A DNA stretch of 64,000 bases from Harriotta raleighana (GCA_050575255.1 JBNZDD010013707.1:2298954-2362953); one strand, 5' to 3'. Shown: positions 36,201-50,020, counted from the first letter of the stretch. The notes: generated by a model from the sequence alone, not told the origin. Numbers and translations: made by a program.

Positions 36201-38540
36201 GTATTGATTTTCATACAAAATATGGCTTCATATTGTACAACATTTGTTTGAATTCTGCGTGTGTATTTCAGGGTATAATTTCACTCTTTCGTTTCCAGTC
36301 TGTAAGCAGTGAATGTTATTTTCCATCTCCTTTACTCCTCTATTTTAGGAGAAGATAAATCCACCCAGGCCTGGATTTACACTCAAACTGTAAACATCTT
36401 TTAATAACTAAATAATCTGGCTTGTACTTTAAAATTGAAATGAAACAATTTGCCAAACACTGCACTCTCTAACATATGAAGGATATTGTAAATCTTGATT
36501 CACGTAGGATTGTTTTCCCTTGTCTTATGGCATTCAACAGCTTTGATTTATGATCTCCTATTACACTTCCGCAGTAAACACAGTGTTACGTCTCAAAGGG
36601 TTTTACAGTGATTACAGTTAAGTTTAGTGATTTTACATGTGTAGGTGAACACAGCAACCATGTGCACATTGCATTGTTCTGCAAACAGCCATGTGCTTGT
36701 ACTAAAATGAAAATCCTCTCTCCCCCACCAATTAATTTGGATGTTTTATTGTTGCGCTTTGGTGACCAACGTGTTTGTAAGGTTTAAGAATCAATTAAAT
36801 GGCGTTGACAAGTTTGCCTGTAAAACATAGGATGCTTCATTAGGTCTTATGTGAATTATACCTGAAATCTGTTAAGAATACCCAGAATGTCTGTCATAGT
36901 GGCAATGTAATTAAAGCATACGCACAATTTCATTAGCTATGTGTTTTCACACTGTGATGGATGGATGTGATAGGTCTGCAAAATTACACAGATGTACTCA
37001 GTGGTGGGTAACCCAGTGTTATATGGAGGTGAGTTGATATTTTCATGCTTTTAAATTTTTTAAATTGCACCCCAAATTGGGTGCTATCAAGAGTAGAGAG
37101 GAAATCCATTTCTAAATGTTGTTCTATTGATATTTTGCAGATCTTTAAACATGAATGCTTTGAATTGCTTTTATTTGCGATTCCCCAAAGTTTTTTTGTT
37201 GCACTTATTTCTGATTGATGCATAGTTTGTGTGGTTGCTTTATTTTCCCATCATGTTTGATTTGCACTGTAGTCACCTACCCCACTACTTTAAAATGTGC
37301 TCTCTCTTCAAAAAAAATTCCTGAGAGGTGAAACAAATCTGAACTGCAAGTGGGTGTGTGAGATTGCATGTCACCGTCAAAGATATTGATATTTAAAAGA
37401 GTGAACGAATGATCTGTGGACATCATTGTGTGCAAATTGTGCACAATAGAGTCAAAGTGCAATTGAATTTGAATGGTTCATGCTGATGTGTTTGTACTGT
37501 GATGGTGAGTGCCAAACCAGTGTTTTGGGATTTGAAGCATCCCTCCTGCAGCATTGACTTCAAATTTCCTTAGTTGTAGATAAAGAAAATAAGGTTGGAT
37601 AAGTGGATACAGATAGTAAGGATCTATGTTCTGACTCAATACTTGGCATTAAGTCAAAGGACAGATTTTTTAAAAAAAAGAAATGAGGCTATACATTTTC
37701 TAGCATGCAATACGTAAAAGTGAATTGTGTGCAAAGTACAATATAACAAATAATATTTTGTGTGTGTGTTCATTTACAGAGGCTTTATCAGAATGCATCA
37801 GTTGTTCTGTGTATGGTGATTTAGCTTTTCCGTCTTTATCAAGTACAGAGCTGAACTGTCCTCCTGACTCAGTGATAATGTGTTTATTTTAGGAGAGAAA
37901 CCGCTATTAACTGAATTAGTCATCCATGCTGAAGGGTTAGGGACATTTTACAATAGCTTACTTAGTGCCGGCATTTCATGCTTATAGTAGTCATCGTTCT
38001 AGGACTTGTAAAAATAATTTTGTTATTAACAATACACTTAAGTATAAACAGACTACTTAACAGAGAACTGTTAAGCTCATGATATGTATTTTTATTTGTG
38101 ACATTCTCAAGCACACCAACTGAATGCTTTGATCTAGGAGCTACATCGCACCTGCCTATTCTATACAAAGGGCAACTTAGCAGTATTAGTTCCATATGAT
38201 TTCTGAGCAATGAAAATCTACAATGAACCAAGAAGAAGCTAATCTGAAATTAATTTACCGTGAGATATTTGACTTGCTTTGACTCGCTTGTGTAATGTCA
38301 GGGAGCGCAAACTTTGACGATCTTACAAATGCAAAATCTGAGTAGTTATATGCTTTGTGAAGGCATAAATGCCTTGTGAAGTTATATGCCTTGTATATTA
38401 AATAATTGATCTCAGGGATGTGTCCTCCAGTCAAAATGGTCAAGAGGTTGACATCACCGTCAATTGACAGGCTTTTTTGGGGGATTGAGTTTGGATCTGT
38501 AGGAGGATCACTGCACAATGGCGGGTGGGTAAGTGGAATA

Positions 38541-39222
38541 CAGTAAAACCCTGTTCATCCGGCACCCACAGGACCTGGCGAATGGCGGTTAAATGGTTTT
38601 CTGGTTAAACGGTTAAAAAAAAATTTTTGGAAAATAATTTACATTTATTTTAACACAGTGATAACAGATTGCCAGCTCCCACCCTGTGCAAACACAAGAA
38701 TCTGCCGTCCGCCTGCCGCTAACCCTCAGCGAGGGGAAGGCACGGTCAATTTCCGTGAAGCCTTCTTGCAAGGTATTTTGAATTGATTGAATAGGCTGGA
38801 CTTGCAGAGAGAGAGTGAGGGTACACTCATGCACACATATACCTGTAAATGTTGAACAATACTATATAAATAATAGACTAAATACACTAATAACAGATAC
38901 TATACTAACAGAATATTGTATTAGTACTTTATTATTTATACTTAACTTCTACAATGGCTGCCAAAGGAGGAAAGAAAACGGCATGTTTTTAAAAAAATGG
39001 TGGTATCGCGAGTTTTTTTAAAAAACGGCAGTAGCCTGATTTTAGGCTCAACTAGCGGCTGCCAATACAACTGCACCAGTTCTTGGGTGTGACAATCCAT
39101 TCATAAATGCATCTTCACTATTCTGCTGGATAACTTCCAGTTAATCGAATCAGGACTATGTTGAGATAGCGGTTGAACGGGTTTTCCGGTTCATCGAGTC
39201 ACGGATAAACAAGATTTTACTG
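38541..39222 (+). mobile_element. pogo/Tigger-like MITE, family B, 682 bp
   Basis: TA|CAGTAAAACCCTGTTCATCC...GGATAAACAAGATTTTACTG|TA; internal homology to 22745-23342. Confidence 0.9.
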
Positions 39223-39472
39223 TAGTTGTTTGTATTGTATATGCATCTCCTATTGATTTATACAATGATGTTGGTACATTAGCTTTAAATCCTGACATGT
39301 TGAACATCACCAACAGTAAGCTGGAGCTTCTCAGAAATGGAACTAAAAGCTATTCAAAGAACGTTGATCAGGAATGGAGACCTTGAGTTATTTTCACTTC
39401 CTTTCCCCATCGTTCCTTGTCTTAAGGGCCCTGAGTCCAATTGTGGTGCCTCCACCACTGTCCTGGTTGAGA

Positions 39473-39783
39473 TAACAACAACAACAACAACAACAAAATT
39501 ACACTTATAGAGCGCGTTTCACGTCAGGAGGACGTCCCAAGGCGCTGGACAGATTGGTTCAGGACCCGAGCAAGGGAAAATGTTCAGAGCGAGGGGGGGG
39601 AAGGGTGGGAGCAAGGAGGGGGTAGAGACTCGAGAGGGGAGTTGAAGGCACGGTCGAAGAGAAAGGTCTTGAGACCGGCCTTGAAAGAGGAAAGGGAGGA
39701 AGCGAGGCGAAGGCACAGGGGGATGGAGTTCCAGAGCCTGGGGGCTGAGCGGCTGAAAGCCCGGCCGCCGATGGTAGGACGGT
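39473..39783 (-). mobile_element. L2 3' fragment (young; longest copy of this family here)
   Basis: (AAC)n tail, 3' UTR, and antisense ORF2 end (AGGTCTTGAGACCGGCCTTGAA...GGAGTTCCAGAG). Confidence 0.88.
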
Positions 39784-40334
39784 TAGGAGATAAGCTAACT
39801 CAACATGAGTGAAGCCTGTCATCTTCCTGGTTGGAATGGGTTGAAACCACTTGGCATATACCACAGATGCTTATTGTTGGCCAGTGAACAAAAACTGTGG
39901 ATATCAGTTTCGGAACGACATCCAAGGTTATAAAGATAAGTACAGTTGAAGATAGTAGAATATCATGCACAGTATTATGACACCAAAGCTATTGGGAACA
40001 ATGAAAGGTCACATCAAGTAATGAAACAGCCCACGGATTCAAAATGCATGACATAAGATAAGTTGGGCTCTGCAGAATTTTGCTTGGGAGATGTGGTTTA
40101 TGTGATGTCCGTAAAGGAGTTGATTATTTTTGGGGGAAGCAATATGCTTGATGAGCCATTTGGTCTTTTCTCATTCTAAGTTTTCTTATGTCTCGAAACA
40201 TCAGGAGTTTATTCCAGTTCTCATTTTACAGTAAGTGTGCACAATTCTGAAAAGAGCTAAAACGATATAAGGACATTATTTGGCTTGGACACGGGAAAGG
40301 AACAGAACGATTCATGTTTAAAGTTAATCAGCCG

Positions 40335-40774
40335 TGAGGCTGGAGATTCAAAGCCTGTTCAGGTGGACATAAAAGATCCCATAACACTATTTGAAATGAG
40401 AAGGGAGTTTCTCCCAGTGTTTTGGCCCACAATCTTCCAGATAAAAATTGCTAATATATGGCTGTTTTGGGGATATTGCAGTGTAGATATAGTCTAGAAA
40501 ATACACAGACCCTGAACTTCACAGTAAAAATCCTATGAACCATTTTGAACTGCATTATAATAATAATAATCCTTGCATTTGATATAGTGCTTTTCACGTC
40601 TTCTAGATCTCTCAAATTGCTTCCCCGAATATACTGTAAAGTGAATTCATTGTATATTTGAGGGCAAAAGCAATCAATTGAGGAAACTTGCCCAAGGTTT
40701 CGCCCTGACCTGCCTGGATTCGAACACAGGTTTCACGCTTATAAGGCGAGTGTTCTATCCACTGAGCCACAGGA
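40335..40774. mobile_element. DeuSINE fragment (+, 40335-40545) and internally deleted tRNA SINE (-, 40556-40774)
   Basis: CCTGTTCAGGTGGACATAAAAGATCCC; antisense SINE head CACTGAGCCACAGGA. Confidence 0.8.
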
Positions 40775-41444
40775 TACCACATTGACTATATGATAAGTAT
40801 TTATGCAAGTATTTATTTTAATAAACTATGTTAAAGCGAATGTAACATTTATTTACTGTGATGTTCTTGAAAATTAATCATCTCTTCATTGCTCAGGAAC
40901 CATTAGGTCATGTAGAATTAGTTACTCCACAATTGACCCGTACGTACATCACATGGCATTATCCATTGAGAGAAGAGAGTTTCTTCTGGCCAAGTATCCC
41001 CCAGATAAAATTTGTTATTGGGTACAGTACATAGCTGTTTGTGAGACATTGCGGTCCATAAATTAGCTTCAGCAATTGCCTACAAATTGCACAGTCACTA
41101 CACCTAAAAGTAGATTCTCTGGCGTGCTTTGAGATGTACTGGCATGAAAGGCACTATATCAAATGTAGGGATTGTTTTTATATGGAGCTGTCCACAGGGA
41201 GTAGCAAACAAACCATTTATTCATCCAACAACATCTTCACTGTACAACCCTTGCTAATACTAACCAGACAATTCTACCCACTCCACCCTGCCCATCTCCC
41301 CCTCCTCCCACCCAACAACATAAAGCAGAGCAATGGAGGTTTTCTTATCGGTGTAAATTGGTGGGTGAATTACATTAACTTTGGGAATGCAAAATAGCTT
41401 TGCTAAGAGTCCTTGCCGAGGGATAAGGTCCCCCTGACTCTTCC

Positions 41445-41581
41445 CCCTCTCCCACTTTCCTTCCCCCACCCCTTACCCCCGACCCACCCCCACTGCTCGG
41501 GTCCCGACCTGACTGTTCAGCGCTTTGGGACATCCTCCCGACGTGAAAGGCGCTATACAAGTGTAATTTTGTTGTTGTTGT
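41445..41581 (+). mobile_element. L2 3' tail (second subfamily; also at 52175-52297)
   Basis: CTCGGGTCCCGACCTGACTGTTCAGCGCTTTGGGAC...AAAGGCGC...AAGTGTAATTTTGTTG is shared by both copies. Confidence 0.85.
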
Positions 41582-42559
41582 TATTTATTTATGTTCAAGT
41601 ACCGTGTTGGTCCTATCACTTTTATGCATTAGATACACCAATTTTTAGAACTGGTTTGTTTACAACGGGCGATATTGACCTTGTCCCTTTCCAAATGATT
41701 TGCTGGCTTGTATCAAGCTATTTAGTCCTTTCTCTGGTATAATCAATATACAGATTTCAGCAAAAAGCTTGAAGAAAAGTATTAACCTTTAATCCTCTGG
41801 CAATCCATTTGAATATGAAGTAGAAATCCATCTAACAGGCTAGAGTTGATTTATAATGATGACAATCAAATACATTTTATAGGAAAGACACTGTAATCTA
41901 TTGCCAAGGTAAGTAAGAGAGACTTTTAATACTGGTTTGCAAATTGCTAAAATGGACACTTTAGATGTCGTAGTATTAACGTTTGCTTTATACTTCAAAT
42001 GCAAGGATTTAAAAACTAACTATGACAAAATTCAGAATGGAATGAAACGTGTGAAAGTTAATGCAATGGATGTTTCCAGTTCAAAATATGAAATGGTGTT
42101 CCAACTATATTATGCTACTGCTAGGTTATGCTACTGCTGTATACTAAAGATGATGACTTGAAGTGATTATTGCAAGAATATAGGCTTCACCTTTAACATT
42201 AACACTCAACATCTGCTCCTTTGGTATTTCAATTAATAAAAATCACCATCCATTGGGAAACACCAAATGGTCCCAATCACTGGTCTGTGCTGAATTAGCT
42301 GATCTCAGGTGGGACAACAACAACTTCCATGCACAGTACTGCATATAGGTTAGTGAAGTTTTAATAAGTTTCAGAGTTAGGGTATAGTCTAGAGTCTATA
42401 CCATGGACAACTTGAAAGGTGAGGACAAGTATATTAAACTCGATCCTCTGAGGGATAGGGAGCAGAAAGAGTTCCATGAATGAATGGCTTCAGTGCCTGG
42501 AAGAACAGGGGGAAAAATTGAAGTGCAAGGACTTCTGATAGAAATACACATATGTGAGA

Positions 42560-43330
42560 ATACAACAACAACTAGCACTTATACAGGGTCTCTCAGGTAG
42601 AAAAACATCTCAAGGTGCTTCACAGAACTTGAGTGGGAGCGTGAGGGGGATGTGGGAGTAGGAAGGAGATGATCAAAGGCAGAGTCAGAGGTAGATATAG
42701 AAGGTGTTTGAAAGCAGGGAGAGGGCCAGGTAGACAGATTTAGGGAGAGTTCCAGAGAACGGAAACAAAGTGACATTAGTGTGTGCCCACTGATGGACTA
42801 GAACGGAGTCAGCGAGGACAAAAAGAACGGGCATCGCTGTGATGTTCCCTTCCACCAAAACACCTCCTCCCCTCCCTTCACCCCGATGTGAATCACTGCC
42901 AGCATTTCCTGTCCAGACTTACAAATGAAGCATAACTCTTGACAACAACAATTGCAGTTATATATAGCACTCTTCACGTAGGGTAGTCTCCTAGTGGTTC
43001 ACAATGACGGGATTGGATAACAAGCATGGGAGAGGGGAGGTGACCATTGGTATGGTTGAAGTGTTAGACTTTAAGGTGGGATTTAAATATCAATAGAAAG
43101 GGGCGAAGCAGGGAGGAAGAGGCAGGGAGTTCCAGAGGTTAGGGGTCTAATGACTGAAGGCACAGGCCATCAATGAAGATGCTGAGGGGTGGAGACGGGC
43201 ACAAGAAGCCTGTGTTCGCTGAGGAGACGGCAAGTAGAGTAGTAGGGTACGAGAAGATCAGAGAGTTTGAAAGGTGCTCAAGTGAGAAGGGATTTATTTT
43301 GTGTGCAAGAGCGAGGATCTTGAAGCCAAG
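42560..43330 (-). mobile_element. Two old L2 3' fragments
   Basis: Antisense L2 motifs (GGGAGAGTTCCAGAG, GCGAGGATCTTGAA) and AAC tails. Confidence 0.65.
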
Positions 43331-44479
43331 CAAACTACCAGAGAAATGAAACCTTCAGGAGTTGTGGGGTTAAAAAAAAGAAATTTCCAGTATGTTGCAG
43401 CTCATTAATATGTTTTAAATGTATGATTCGAGAGGCACTTGTATGTTGCCAAGAATCCTAGATAGGCTATGTATACATTGTGGAGGGTTTGTGTGTGTCC
43501 TGAATCAGAGAGCAAATAATGGTTGAACTCCAAAGTAATTTTCAAGTGACATATCTCCAGCTCTGCCAGGAACCAATTTACTGTGACCGGCAGCAGGTCC
43601 CCCAAAAAATTAACGAAAACAATATGAAAATATATTTTTAGAAACATCATCTTGATTAGAAGTACTACAACCAAGTGCTTGTCGGTAGGAATTTCACAAT
43701 TTATAATAAGTAATTGTTTGGTATGTGATAATTGCTGTCTTTCACGATTTTTTTTTTTTTAAAAAGGGATTCTTGTCACCTAAGGGGACTTGGAGGATAA
43801 ATGTAAGAGGCTTTGAGATATTTTTAGCCGTGTTGCTTTTCAGACTGCTCTGTCTGGAATACTGATAACGTATTCATTTGACAGAGGTCAGTGTTTCTCG
43901 GCAGTTCTAATGCAAACACCACAGCTAAGCAGATGTGCCCCACGCCCAAGCCGCCATAATCTTGAAGATGAGTAAATAAACCAATCTCTCGCTGCACCTA
44001 AAATATTTTTTTATTCTATTGACTGGCTCATTTCTCTTTTCTGGAGACAAATATACTAATTGTCTACTTTTCAGTTCTCTACCAGCTGACTTTTGTGATG
44101 GCAACACGAATGGGTATGATTGCGATCTTAGACAAACTAAATCTCAACTAATCTGAAAGCAATTGCATTCCCTGGACTGAAACTGTACTCTAATTAGTTT
44201 TACCATTGCAGCTTCTTCTGATTTCTTGTAAAATTATTCTTTTGTTTCTCTATTATATAAAAAAAAGCATTATATAAACTTCCCTGCAAAAGATTTCAAA
44301 CAAAGCAAACCAGAAACAAGTTGGCCCTTGTTATTGCTTCACCATCTGTTTGGATAAGGCTGCGTTTAAGTGGATTGTGTTGAGAACGTTTGGACCCTTT
44401 TATAATTCCATATATAAACACTTTGTAAATTTAAGCCAGCAAAGTGAGCTCAGTCCTTTGCAAAGAAAGTTGAGCGCAT

Positions 44480-44815
44480 CATTGTATTCTGTATTTTGTG
44501 CCACTCTCACCCCACTAATCCCTTCACTCAACACAAACTGGCCTGCTTCATGTGCCTCTATGCCCCCATCTCCTCCCACCCACAACCCCATCAGCACAGG
44601 CAGGTTTTCAACCATTGTGGCCCTGCTCTCTAGGCGTCCACCCCCAAATCAGTCCAAATTTCTCCCAATGTCCCAACATTGCAAAATGTCTATCTTTGAC
44701 CATACTTTCCCCTCCCCACTCCCAACAGTTCCCAGCTCAGGTGTCAATCCAGCGTAGTCAAGCCTCTTGGCGTGAAAGGTGCTCCATAAATGTCAAGTGT
44801 ATTGTTTGTTGCAAT
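44480..44815 (+). mobile_element. Old L2 3' fragment
   Basis: CTATCTTTGACCATACTTT...GTGAAAGGTGCTCCATAAATGTCAAGTGTATTGTTTGTTG. Confidence 0.6.
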
Positions 44816-45423
44816 TCCTACACCGCATTCTTTTCGTTTTCTTCCTTGCCTCTGCAGATATACTTGAAATAGGGTTCAAACCTTGACTGCTGAGTTTCTG
44901 CGATAACGTAACCTTCTACTCTCCTTAACTGACACCACAATCCTTATTTATAGGCCATTAATCTGTCAAATCTCTTGATTTATTGTAAAACATTGTTGCT
45001 CAATGAGTGATGGGAAGTTGTTGGGAATTCCTATGCAAATACTGCAGCAGTGTAAAAATGACCAGAGAGCGTCCAGTCTTTCTTAACTGACTTGAAACAC
45101 ATCAAGCTTAGGAGGGTTTGGGAAAAATACGCGTTGTTTCCTCGAATGGTTAAATTTCCAGAGTTAGTCTCGTTGATGCATATATTTTATGTCCTCGCTA
45201 TGCCATGTACCATGAGGCTGCTGGATTGCCTACATGTCATTCACTGAAGGGGCAGATGGAGCAGAAATCATTTCCTTCAGTTAGGGGATAATAGGGCATC
45301 ATCGCCTTAGGATTGTAAATAGAAACAATTCGGGGAAAGGTTTGAAGCAATTATTTCACCCGAGGATGATTGGGGTTTGGAATTCAAATGCAAGGATTAT
45401 GTTAGTTCATTACCATTGTGGAA

Positions 45424-45813
45424 TCCTGAACCTTAATGATTAGAGCTCTTGCCTTGCAAGCGAGAGGCCTGGGTTCTATTCCAAGGCCGGGCAAAATGTT
45501 TGGCAAATTTCTTTACTCCACCTGCCTGTATTGACCTAGCAATAAGTAGCAACTGGTTGTCAGTTGATTGGCTGATCGCTTTTCTGGGGGTAGTAATCCC
45601 TTCAAAATAAATAAAAATTTCACTCAATCTATGACACTGTGTGTGGGACACTGCTGGGCGCAATTGGCTGCCGTGTTTCGCACCCAAGATATTCAGTCCA
45701 TTCACTATTTTGAATATAATAATTAAAATACTATTACAATTCACTCATTAATACAGTATATTCTGTGAAGCGCTTTGAGACGTGATAAGACGCTTTATCA
45801 AATGCAAGGATTA
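45424..45813 (+). mobile_element. tRNA-derived SINE, long form with CORE-like segment
   Basis: Colinear with 5217-5580, including CCTGTATTGACCTAGCAATAAGTAGCAACTGGTTGTCAGTTGATTGGC. Confidence 0.85.
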
Positions 45814-46358
45814 GATGATCAATTTATTACAAGGGATTACTGACTCTTAAACCATACATTTGCTCAAAAAAGAAACTGATAAACACCTGATTGCACCTGG
45901 TGACTTGGAAAAATAATAGGATGAAATAAACTTACTTCCAATCAAATGAGTATCACACAATTTAAACTCCACCCTTATATCTCACTGTTTTGTAGCTGAA
46001 ATCCAATATAATGTATGTATTTTTTCTCCTAAAAAAAACGAATTTAAGTAAATGACCTGGGTGAAAATATATATTTAAAAAAAAGGAAAGTACAGTATTA
46101 CATGATATCACTTTTTTTAACTGCTATGTTTACAAAAATTGAGTGCTTTATTAGCAATATGTGGCCTGGTTGGTTACCTCTCTTTCGTTTTCACTCTCTC
46201 GTTTTCTTTCTTTCGTTTTCACCCTCTCTCATGGATTGTTCGTGTAACAGCCTTCTCTGTGGTTGCCATGCCAGCAACTTTATGGTGTTGTCTGCGCTGT
46301 TCCTCAATGAGCATAGTTGCAATCTGTGTGGTTTCCCCCCACCAGCTCCTTTCAAATA

Positions 46359-46937
46359 CAGTAGACCCTCATCGAACGCGAGAGTTACGTTCCTAGAAAA
46401 CATCGCACTCGGTAAAATCGCATTCATTAAGCTTAATAAGTAATGGAAAAAAGGGGGTTAGGGGAATCCATCCACAGGCTATCCAACCTCAAGCCTGCAG
46501 GCTCATCCACACCCGACCAACGCAAGGTACATACTAAGGCGGGCTACAGCCGGCTGGCCCGCTCATCACTCTCCCCGCTCTCACTGACTCACTGGAGACA
46601 ATAAAATAGCACCTTACACTACCACAGTTTGGCTAAATTATGTTACCTTTGGTCCTGGAAGTGTTAGGAGACTCTCTCTCTCTCTCTCTGTCTCTTCTGT
46701 TTACCATGCAATGCCATCAGGTTGTTCTGAGGCCAGGAGCTGACGGCGTCTTCCCAAATGCGCATGTGCTTGGGGCCAGCCAGCTGAGGAAGTATTGGAT
46801 TTAGGCGGGAGCTGCCGGCGTCCTGCCCAACGCGCATGCGCAAATTTTACTCGCTTACACAAAAAAGTGCCACATTTATTTCTTTGCGTATAGGCGAATC
46901 CGCAGTCAAGAAAGTTGCGTTTGACAAGGGTTGACTG
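46359..46937 (+). mobile_element. Tigger/pogo-like MITE, family A, 579 bp, both ends intact
   Basis: TA|CAGTAGACCCTCATCGAACGCG...TGCGTTTGACAAGGGTTGACTG|TA. Confidence 0.9.
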
Positions 46938-47327
46938 TACCGGATGAAAGCGAATGTCCAACGTTATGAGGAGAGCAGGGTGGGGTGTAGGAGAGGGGTT
47001 GGGGGTGCGGGCTGGTGACAGAGGGAGCGGGAGAATGGAAGCAGACAGCAACACAGGAATGATCATGTACTTTTAATACATTTAATACATGCCCTCACTC
47101 ATAGGCTGCAGGAAGGCCTGAAGAGGGAGAAATTAGAACTTTCTGGAATATTTTCCCCATTGGGATTTGGTGAGTGTTTATGCATAGCTGATGGGGTGTG
47201 AAGTTCCCATTACGAGTTCACACAGCAGATACACTGATGTATTTAAGATCCTGAATACTGTATTATTGTTCAGGCCGGGAAGGACAGTTTCGGCCAGGGT
47301 GGTTTGAGGGTAGTTTAAAAAGGTTAT

Positions 47328-47748
47328 CAGTGTGGCTCAGTGGTAGCAATTTCACCTCTGGGACAAAAGGTTGTGGGTTTAAGCCCCATGTTGGGACTTA
47401 AAATCACATAGTCTTGGTTATCACTCCAGTGCAGTGCTGTGTAAGCTGTTGCTTTGCCAAAGATGCAGTTTTTTGAATGAGATATTAAACCAAGGCCCGT
47501 TTGCCTTTTCGGATGGACGTTAAAGATCCCATTTCATTATTTATTGTTCAAAAAGAGAAAGGAGTTTCATCTGGTATCCTTGCAACAATCCCCAAAATAA
47601 ATTTGGTCACTCACTTCATGGCTGTTTGTGGGACGTTGCTGTTGGAACTGCCCATTCTGTATTTTACTGTGTCCTACAAAGTGCTTTTTGATATCCTCTC
47701 TGCATGAAAGGAATTACACCAAAGACAAGGATTATGATTATTATTATT
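47328..47748 (+). mobile_element. DeuSINE (SacSINE1-like), full length
   Basis: GTGGCTCAGTGGTAGCA...GGTTGTGGGTTTAAGCCCCA head; Deu domain ACTCCAGTGCAGTGCTG...GAGATATTAAACCAAGGCCC...GGACGTTAAAGATCCCAT; 3' GCTGTTTGTGGGACGTTGCTG. Confidence 0.88.
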
Positions 47749-49629
47749 AATTCTGACACTAGACTTGATTCCAATTTACAAAATTGACCGTTTGTTTACT
47801 CTAAAGTTGATGCTGCATGTCTGAACACATTATCTCATACATGCAATTTGGCTAAATGAATTCAACTTCCCCAGATTTCTGAGGCCTTGTCGACATGGAA
47901 CACTTTTGGTTTAATTGAAATACAACAGGCCTCTGATTCAGATGTGCTGACGCTCTCTAACTGCTTAATTTGTGTATTTACAAAAGAGAATTAGATAACG
48001 TTGGTGATAATATTTAGCATGTTTTATCATGACAGTGCCTGGATCTCATTTCCTCTTATCATCATTGATGTGAGGAGCCATCATCTATCTGTGCATATTT
48101 TAAACGGCATATTCCTCCAAAAAATGATTTTGTTTTTCAAATTAGCTTTTGATGGTGTGGAAATGTCAGCATCTGGATTGAATAACTGTCACTTTGGGAG
48201 CTTCTCATTCCCTTACATGGAATAAAATAATACTGTTGTGTGATCTAATTACTTGTATGAAAAGCCCCCCCAGGACAATGCTAATAGCTATGAGACGTAG
48301 TAAACGAGAATGAAATTTGCATTATTGCAAGCAAACAATTCCTAAATGTATGAACAGGTCCATCAGTGACTACAGACATTATTTTGTTTTTAAAAAAACA
48401 CAACCACCCAAATGATGTATAACAGTTGGGAAATTGATACCTAACAAGTCAATAATTATAACATCTGTAACACTTTTTGTATTAAAATTAGATTAATGAG
48501 CTGCCCGATTAACATTTCGGTGAAAGTTAATTATTTTGTTTTCAATACTGATGGAGCCTAATTCGTGCCCTTTTCTTTTAAAAAAAAGTTGCTGTGTTAA
48601 ATGCTTTGTGCTAAGTATGACCATTTATGCCATGGCCAATAAAAAGTTGAGACTAAAATACCCGTTCAAGATAATCTTTAGTCAAAGAGCTTCTTTCTGC
48701 AGCTCACTGGAAGAATGGTTAATGGAAGTGGATGCACTTCTTCAGTATTTTGAGAAACTGAACAATAACAACTTGCATTTCTATAGCACCTATCGCGTAG
48801 GACAATGGCATCAATCCGGTTGGGGAAAAGAGAGAGGTTGAGAAAATTGATCAAATATAGAGGTTTCAGCAGGAATTTGCTGAGAGCTGTTGAAAAAAGT
48901 GACAGAGCTGTCCTGTAAATGTGATAGTTATCAAAGAGCCTCCTGTGAGTTTGTTTCTGCCTGTCTAAGGTCAAATTCCGATTCAGACATCAAATTTCCA
49001 GCCGATCCAAATATAAGATTTGGTTTCTGGTAGCAGCTGAGGTCTGGAAATGATGTAAACCTTCCTCGATCACACATTTAGGAGTTTTCCTTTCCATGTA
49101 TACATGTTGAATTAAGTGTATGAATAGATAAGTAAAGTTCCAGATTCTTCACGTTCTGGCCTATGAGGATAATATTGGAACCAAGATTGAAAGTACACTT
49201 GTCGAATGTATTAATTTCATGCATGCTTAATTTAGCTTGCATCAATTGTCTTTTCAAAGTTTTCTAATTGCTGAAGAAAGATGCTCGTCATTTACTTTAT
49301 AATTAAATTGGGTCCCAATTTTTTTTTACAGTAAAAATCTTGCCCAGTAAATTATATCTTGGCAGAGTACATACATCATTTTGAAGAGAGATGGAAGTGG
49401 TGGGTGGGTGCTACTGCTTCCTGCAGCGATCAAACTTCAAATGATGTATGTACTCTACAATAATTGACACTTATGAGTTGGCGTTAAGCAAATGCATATT
49501 AGGTCTAATTAGTGGAACATTTTCTCTGCTATGATAGATCAAACTGTGCCAGACTGTCTTTCAACTTACTATACTATCCAACTTGTTGGTTATAATAATA
49601 AAAAGTCTTGTATAATATAATCCCTTTCA

Positions 49630-50020
49630 TAATAATCCTTACATTAGGTACTGCACCATTCAATACAGCACAACGTCTCAAAGCACTTCACAGAATATTC
49701 TGGAAAGTATAGTGACTGTGTACCTTGTAGATCAATTACGCAGTAGCCAATTTGCGCACAGCAATGTTCCTACAAACAGCTATGAAGTAAATGACCAGTT
49801 TTACTTGGAAGATCGATGGCCAGGACATTGGAAATAAATTATTTTTAGATATTTTCAAATAGTGTCATGGCACTCGTAACATCCATTAAAACAGGGCCTT
49901 GGTTTAATGTCTCATCTGAAGGATGATACCTCTGGCAATTCGGCACATCCCAGGACTAGATTGAACTGTCATTGAACTATATGAGCTCCAAGTCTTGACA
50001 TGGGGTTTGAATCCCCAAAA
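49630..50020 (-). mobile_element. DeuSINE, near full length
   Basis: GGGCCTTGGTTTAATGTCTCATCTGAAGGATG and other antisense family motifs. Confidence 0.8.

Noticed and set aside
41883-41914. Consensus donor CAAG|gtaagt with a possible 26-nt microexon
   Set aside because: Weak acceptor, not frame-preserving, and no in-frame ATG.
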